The notes under the pieces are model-generated. The model was not told where the DNA came from, did no database searches, and saw nothing but the letters and a program-made list of their open reading frames with translations. This document shows positions 56,145 to 64,000 of a DNA stretch of 64,000 nt, piece after piece (within the stretch, counting starts at the first letter, position 1; each line of letters begins with the position of its first letter). The position numbers and the translations under genes were made by a program. Origin of the DNA: Octopus vulgaris (taxonomy: Eukaryota); assembly GCA_951406725.2 (NCBI GenBank), contig OX597832.1, forward strand, positions 38,378,001-38,442,000, in the 5' to 3' direction.

Positions 56145-56881
56145 TTGGTATATAAATGTTTGCGTTTGCCCGTGTGTGCGCAACAGTAATTCTAACCCCC
56201 CAGAACATATTTAGAAATTTGAAAAAAATAAGAAAGGAAAATAAAACGAATTATATATAAAATAAAAAACAAACGAAAAATTAAAAAAAAAAAACGAAAG
56301 AAAGAAGAATCCTTCAAGCAGGTCATAAGTGACTAGATCCCGTGTCCCTTTGATGTCTATGTGCCGCCCATTAAAGCAAGAAGCGCAGTAGTGTATTGCA
56401 TGGCAGAAGAATATAACGGTGGGGCCTGTTCCTCTATCTACCGTTGACCCATTTACCTAGACACCGTTACAAGCAACAAAGGGATGAAGCCAGCTCCCTG
56501 CTGGCTTCAAATGCAGTAAAAGTAGTTTCTATTGACAATGACCCCAGTAATGGCAATGTCATATTTTAAGGGCCCAAACATACAGAGGCTGTTGCATGGA
56601 TTAACTCCTTCCTACATTCTTTGTTATTTGGTCGTCGTTGTTGTTGTTGTTGTTACTGTTGTTGTTGTTTTCTTTTAGGGTTTGGAATATGTGTATGATT
56701 CTCTGAGAGGGGAGAGATAAAGATAAAGAGGATGAAGACGAAGGAGAGTATAGAGACAGAGGGAGAGAGAAAAGGGGAATGTGAAGTACCCAGATGAGAT
56801 AGCTATAAGAAGTGGGGATGAGGAGAGGAGAGGAGAGGCGAAGAAACTATTTTACAAACAAAAATGACTATACAAATATAA

Positions 56882-56917
<36 letters not shown>

Positions 56918-56976
56918 ATGTGTGTGTATATACATATATGATGTGTGCGTATGTTTATGCGTGTGCATGTATGCAC

Positions 56977-57008
<32 letters not shown>

Positions 57009-57065
57009 TGTGTATATACATATAAATATATATGTGTGTATATATGTACATGCATATGTATATAC

Positions 57066-57098
<33 letters not shown>

Positions 57099-57754
57099 TA
57101 TATACATATATATGTACATGCATATGTATATACATATATATGTATATATATATATGTATATATATGTGTGTATATATATATATATATATACACATACATA
57201 CACACATACACACACACGCAAACAAACAAACATTATGCGTACATACACAAACACATAAAAAAAAACCACAGACATATATAGAAGAAAAAGGGGATATTGA
57301 AATAAAAGGAAAAGAGACGGGGGTACTTAGAGAGTGAAGGGGGTGGATGAGAATGGCGGAGAAAAGGGAAGACAAAAAAAATGGTGGAAGCAAAGAAAAG
57401 CAAAAAGAAAAACGGTAAGAAAAGCAATAAAAACAAAACAATAAACAAAACAAAAAAAAATCAATAAAAACCCTTTCCCCGCCCCCCATGTAGAGTCGGT
57501 AGAACGACCACCAACTTCATCATAGCACCCCATCCCACCCACCCCTTTCACGTATGAAACGACCACCACGCTGAATTATCTCTGTGACTTGCATTAGGAC
57601 ACCACTGAGAGAGATGGGACGGGTGCCGGTCGGTGGTGTCGTTGTTACACAACTACCCTAGATAGACCGCATCCATCCCGAACAGGCCATCCGACTGATT
57701 GGTAAAGATTCACGCAGCATCGCGCTACAACCACCGACACACAGTTACGTTGCC

Positions 57755-58490
57755 ATTTCATCTCCTCCTCCTTCCCCTCCTCCACCTCTTCTTGCTCTTC
57801 TTCTTCTTCTTCTTCTTCTTCTTCTTTTTCTTCTTCTTCTTCTTCTTCTTCTTCTTCTTCTTCTTCTTCTTCTTCTTCTTCGTCCCTTCCTTCCATTTCT
57901 CCTTTTTCCTCTTCCTCTTCGACTTTACCACATCAGCAGCTTTCACTCCTCCCTATTATCTTCCACTTCCTTCTTCTCCTTCTCCTCCTCCCCTCCTACA
58001 CCACCACCACCTCATCAGCATCGACTACCTCCTCATCCCCCTCTTCCTCTGCATCTTTATTTTCTCCTCTTTCTCACTTCCTCTCTCCTCCCCTTCTCTT
58101 CATTTCTATGCGCGTCTTCATCCCACTCCTTCGTTTTTTCCTTCCTTCTTCCTCCCCGTCTTTATTCTCTCCACCTCCTCTTCATCATCATCCCCATCAT
58201 TCTCTTTCTCCTCCACCTCTTTCTCTTTGTCCTTCTCCACTTTGTCCTCCTCCCTTCCTCTGTACCTTTATCTTGTCTCCTTTCTTCCTCTTCATTGTCT
58301 TCTCTTTCCTTGTCCTCTTCTTCATTCTGCACATCCTCCTCCCTTTCTTCCTCGTTTTCATCTTCATCCTTCACATCTTTATCCTCCTCTTCAACCTCAT
58401 ATCTTGTCCTATTCTTTCCTCCTCCTTCCCTTTCTCTCTCTCTCTCTCTCTCTTCTCACTCTCCCCCTTCTCCCCTTCACTCTCTCTGTT
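57755..58490. repeat. About 730-bp polypyrimidine tract including (CTT)n
   Basis: Strong C/T strand bias. Confidence 0.9.
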
Positions 58491-58526
58491 GCCAATACTA
58501 CAGTGTCACTGTTGATGCTGTTGGCC

Positions 58527-58806
58527 AAGAATGGCGTTTTGGTAGAATCGTTAGAGCGCTGGAAAAAAGAAACTGTTGCACAATTTGCTCTGAGTCTTCG
58601 TATTCTGAGTTCAAATCCCGCCGCTGTCAACCGGAAGGCCGGAGTCAATAAAATAAGAACCAGTTTCGCACTGGGGTCGATGTAATCAGCTTAAACCCTT
58701 TGTCTATTCTTGTTTGTCCCCTCTATGTTTAGCCCCTTGTGGGCAATAAAGAAATAGACATCTCCCACCCCAAATTTCAGGCCGTGTGCCTTTAGTAGTA
58801 AGGATT
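58527..58806 (+). mobile_element. SINE family 1 with tail B followed directly by tail A
   Basis: ...GGGCAATAAAGAAATAG (ends 58757), then ACATCTCCCACCCCAAATTTCAGGCCGTGTGCCTTTAGTAG. Confidence 0.8.
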
Positions 58807-59137
58807 ATTATTATCATTATTTATTTATTTATTTATTTGTTTATTTATTTGACAATATATGAAGATTGAAATATAACTGCAAAGCATCATACATTTCCGT
58901 AGTAAATTTATTACGAAAATAATCAAGACTTTTGGAGCGAAACTCGAAGTCCCAGACAACTTAATTATGCACAACATATTTAAGTCTAGCAAAGGTATCG
59001 AGTAATTTATCAGTTTATGTTCGTGTTATTAACCTTTTAAGTTAGAAATTCAAACACTAACATTTATGTATGATGGTGTTGTTGTGGTTGTAGTTGTTGT
59101 GGTAGAGCTTGGTGTTGTTGTTTTTGTTGTTGTTGTC

Positions 59138-59630
59138 GGTGGTGGTGGTGGTGGTGGTGGTGGTGGTGGTGGTAGTGGTGGGAGTGGTGCTGGTAGTCTT
59201 GACTGTAACACTCATTTTGGTGATTTGAGCGGGTTTTAGTGGTAGTGGTGGTGGTGGTGGTGGTGGTGGTGGTGGTGGTGGTGGTGGTGGTGGTGGTAGT
59301 GGTGGGAGTGGTGCTGGTAGTCTTGACTGTAACACTCATTTTGGTGATTTGAGCGGGTTTTAGTGGTAGTGGTGGTGGTGGTGGTGGTGGTGGTGGTGGT
59401 GGTGGTGGTGGTGGTAGTGGTGGGAGTGGTGCTGGTAGTCTTGACTGTAACACTCATTTTGGTGATTTGAGCGGGTTTTAGTGGTAGTGGTGGTGGTGGT
59501 GGTGGTGGTGGTGGTGGTGGTGGTGGTGGTGGTGGTGGTGGTAGTGGTGGGAGTGGTGCTGGTAGTCTTGACTGTAACACTCATTTTGGTGATTTGAGCG
59601 GGTTTTAGTGGTAGTGGTGGTGGTGGTGAT
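59138..59630. repeat. Minisatellite: four identical cores of about 70 bp separated by variable (GGT)n
   Basis: GACTGTAACACTCATTTTGGTGATTTGAGCGGG begins at 59201, 59325, 59443 and 59570 (periods 124, 118, 127). Confidence 0.95.
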
Positions 59631-59989
59631 GGTGGTGGTGGTGGTGGTGCTGGTGGTGGTGGTGGTGGAGTGGGTGTGGTGGTGGCGGTGGTGGTGGTGG
59701 TGGAGTGGGTGTGGTGGTGGTGGTGGTGGTGGTGGAGTGGGTGTGGTGGTAGTGGTGGTGGTGGTGGTGGTGGTGGTGGTGGTGGCGGCGGCGGTGGTGG
59801 TGGTGGTGCTGATAGTAATGGTAATATAATAAACGAATGTTATCTGTTTTTTTTTGTTTTAACAAGTTCAGCTTCTCATAATAACAGCAACAACAACAAC
59901 AATAATAATAATAATGATAATAAAAAAAAAATAATAATAACGAAAATAAAGATGAGGGTACTGATGCTGATGTGGAAATAAAAAAGGGT

Positions 59990-60650
<661 letters not shown>

Positions 60651-61074
60651 AGCGACAGTTGTCCGCTTTGCTCATCCGACCGTTTCCAGTGAGATAGTTA
60701 AATATGTCACTAAACGTTTCCCATCATCACGAAACAGTGGAAGCTGATAAGCTGTGGTGGACATTGGCGTAATGTCGCAATGGTGTAATGGCGTAATGGC
60801 GTAATCTTGCAGTATATATTAACATCACGCCATGTTAAAACCTATATTTCTATTTACTTTAAACTGCTAGAATTATTAAAATGATCGTTAAACGAAGGGG
60901 TGTCTTTCACACATGAGCACAATTTCTCTTTATATATATATGTTTGCGTATGAATACACACACACATTGAGATATGTATGTATATTTATATATATGCATG
61001 TATATATATATATACGTATGGGTGTATATATATATATATATATGCATGCAAAGGTATATGTATGTATGCGTCTT

Positions 61075-61128
<54 letters not shown>

Positions 61129-61355
61129 TATATATATATATTTCTATATATACGCACACATATATGATATATATCCACTCATGTATATATATGTGTGTGT
61201 ATACAAACAAAACACACGCACAAACGCATACACACACACAAGCACATACACACATACATATATATATAGAGAGAGAGAGAGAGAGACGGGAGAGAGAAAA
61301 AGAGAGAGAAAGACATAGATACATACATACCTACATACTTATAAATATACATACA

Positions 61356-61387
<32 letters not shown>

Positions 61388-61389
61388 GA

Positions 61390-61453
<64 letters not shown>

Positions 61454-61903
61454 GCTGAATTGATTGAATGTGAGAATGTCGGTTAAAAAGTGTTTGCTGC
61501 GTTCTTTCCAGCTTTCTGCAATCCGAGTTCAAATCTGAATGAGATCTACTTTGCTTTTCCTTCTTTCACGGTCCTTAAATAACTTACCAGGCCACAGTGA
61601 TAGATTAGTGAAATTGTTAAAACACTGTACAACGTACCTTTTGGTGATGTCCTTGGTCCTTTTCCTTATGCTGTATTCAAATTATGTTCCAGAACTGAAA
61701 CGACAGTGATAGCCTGACATGGATATCAATATTTGAGATCCTTTTGATAGAAACTTCGCGCTTCACCAAGCGGATAGACGTTTCACTCAACATGAAACTT
61801 GCAATAAATTAAAGTCTGTTAATATCGAGTAATACGATGAGTAAATATTCTGTTGATATTCATAGTTTGAAAACTCAATGTAATCCACACACACACACAC
61901 ACA

Positions 61904-61944
<41 letters not shown>

Positions 61945-62567
61945 GCGCACACACATTCACCCACTTTATACTATAATTGGAAACATTTTCTATGTCACGT
62001 AGCTGAGTTAAATCACCTTCTTCCTTATTCGCTTTTGAATAAATTCACCGGGCGAGAGGCCCTTGCTTTTGTAACGCAACTTGCCAGATTTTTTTTTCTC
62101 TCCAGTACTTCAGCAATTACTATTACACTTCTCTGTGGCTTGTAATACCAGAAAAAGTGTTGTTGATTTTAGTAATGCTTTCGAACCACTAAAAATTAAT
62201 ATTTTTAGTGGTTCAAATATCATTACTCGCCCTAGTTGATTTCTTTTTTTTTTTTTTTTGCTCTTTGTGTTACTGTAACAGTTATTTTCTTTTTTTTTGC
62301 GTCATGCCGTATCGCTATATAGTACTGGACGTCGTATTAAATGTATATAAAACGTGTGAAATAAAAATCTGAGTCAAAAGAGAATTATTCATGTTTGTTT
62401 ATTCCAGATTTAGGGTTAAATACCCACACACTTAGAAGTTTCATTGATTAAAAAATGATTCGAAGAAATGAAAACATTTCATTCAGAAATATAAAAAAAA
62501 AACTTCGCAATAAACCTATATTTCTGGAACTGTGTCGAGAGACATCCGTATGCCACAAAATGCAAAT

Positions 62568-63160
<593 letters not shown>

Positions 63161-63546
63161 TATGAAGGCGAATAAAAGCAATCATAATAATCCCAGTCGC
63201 GTGAGCACATTGACTTTAGCAATAAATGTAATTAAAATATTTCTTAAATCTTTATAAATGTATAAGAGTTTGTTCATATATGTTTGTATGTGAGCATGTA
63301 TGTGTATGTATATATATATGCGTGTGGGTGTTTATATGCGAGAGTGTCACTGCGTGGGAGGACGCTTGTGTAATAGAACATTGCATAACTGGGATAGACA
63401 TTCTTGGGACCTCCCAAAGGAATTCCGTAAATCTAACTAAATTTTAAACGAATTTTTAAGACATAAATTAGAAATTCTCACATACCCGCATATTTAAACG
63501 TACACACATGCACCGTAACACGCAGGCACATACACACACGCGCATG

Positions 63547-63586
<40 letters not shown>

Positions 63587-64000
63587 CAAATACACATATC
63601 CATATATAGATACTAACACTCATGTTCTCGCACACACTCGCATTGACTTATACTAACAAATGACACAAAAAATCGACTGGTGACCTTTTAATTTAGAAAT
63701 ATAGAGTACGAAGACCACACACACACACTCACACACACCGCGCACACACACAAACACACACAGACACACACACACGCACATATATATATACATGTATGTA
63801 TGGGTGTCTGTGTCTCGTTAATCGTCAGACGCAAAGACCTTGCGGCAATTTTCCGGCTCTTTGCATTCTGAGTTCATATATTGCACCAAGATCAATTTTG
63901 CCCTTCATTTTCTCGCTAGTAATGAATTAAAGTACATAATATAACCTGTTCTCAAAATTGCTGGCCTTGTACCTAATTTAGAAATATCTGTACATATGTA

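Noticed and set aside
57699-58685. 328-aa ORF, the longest in the window
   Set aside because: It is open only because the pyrimidine tract lacks stops, and it ends inside a SINE.
59138-59630. CRISPR-like appearance, and the repeated MLQSRLPAPLPP ORFs
   Set aside because: The spacers are pure GGT, the repeats are too long, there are no cas genes and the context is eukaryotic. Periods are 3n+1, so the frame shifts with every unit.

Overview
Non-coding, AT-rich animal genomic DNA dominated by microsatellites (TA, CA, TACA, TAGA, TAA, CTT, GGT) and short interspersed repeats. From recall, the repeat families look like those of an octopus (coleoid cephalopod); this was not checked against a database. 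Nearly all supplied ORFs are microsatellite translations. No intact host gene is visible, only one candidate minus-strand exon (20991-21111). The window holds many copies of at least three tRNA-derived SINE families. It also holds decayed R4/Dong and Hero-like LINE fragments, a (TAA)n-embedded element, a decayed DD37D/maT transposon with TIRs, mariner/Tc1 remnants, two non-autonomous Helitrons and several MITEs. Three signals stand out. (1) About ten minimal type-I hammerhead ribozyme motifs occur in short Penelope/retrozyme-like elements; one is fully canonical (4565-4628, minus) and several carry recurrent non-canonical cores with covarying stems. (2) A SINE forms multimers with the same junction at five separate sites, suggesting it inserts into its own family. 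(3) A 200-bp foldback and inverted SINE clusters could form dsRNA. Family names are from recall and manual alignment, and element boundaries are approximate.
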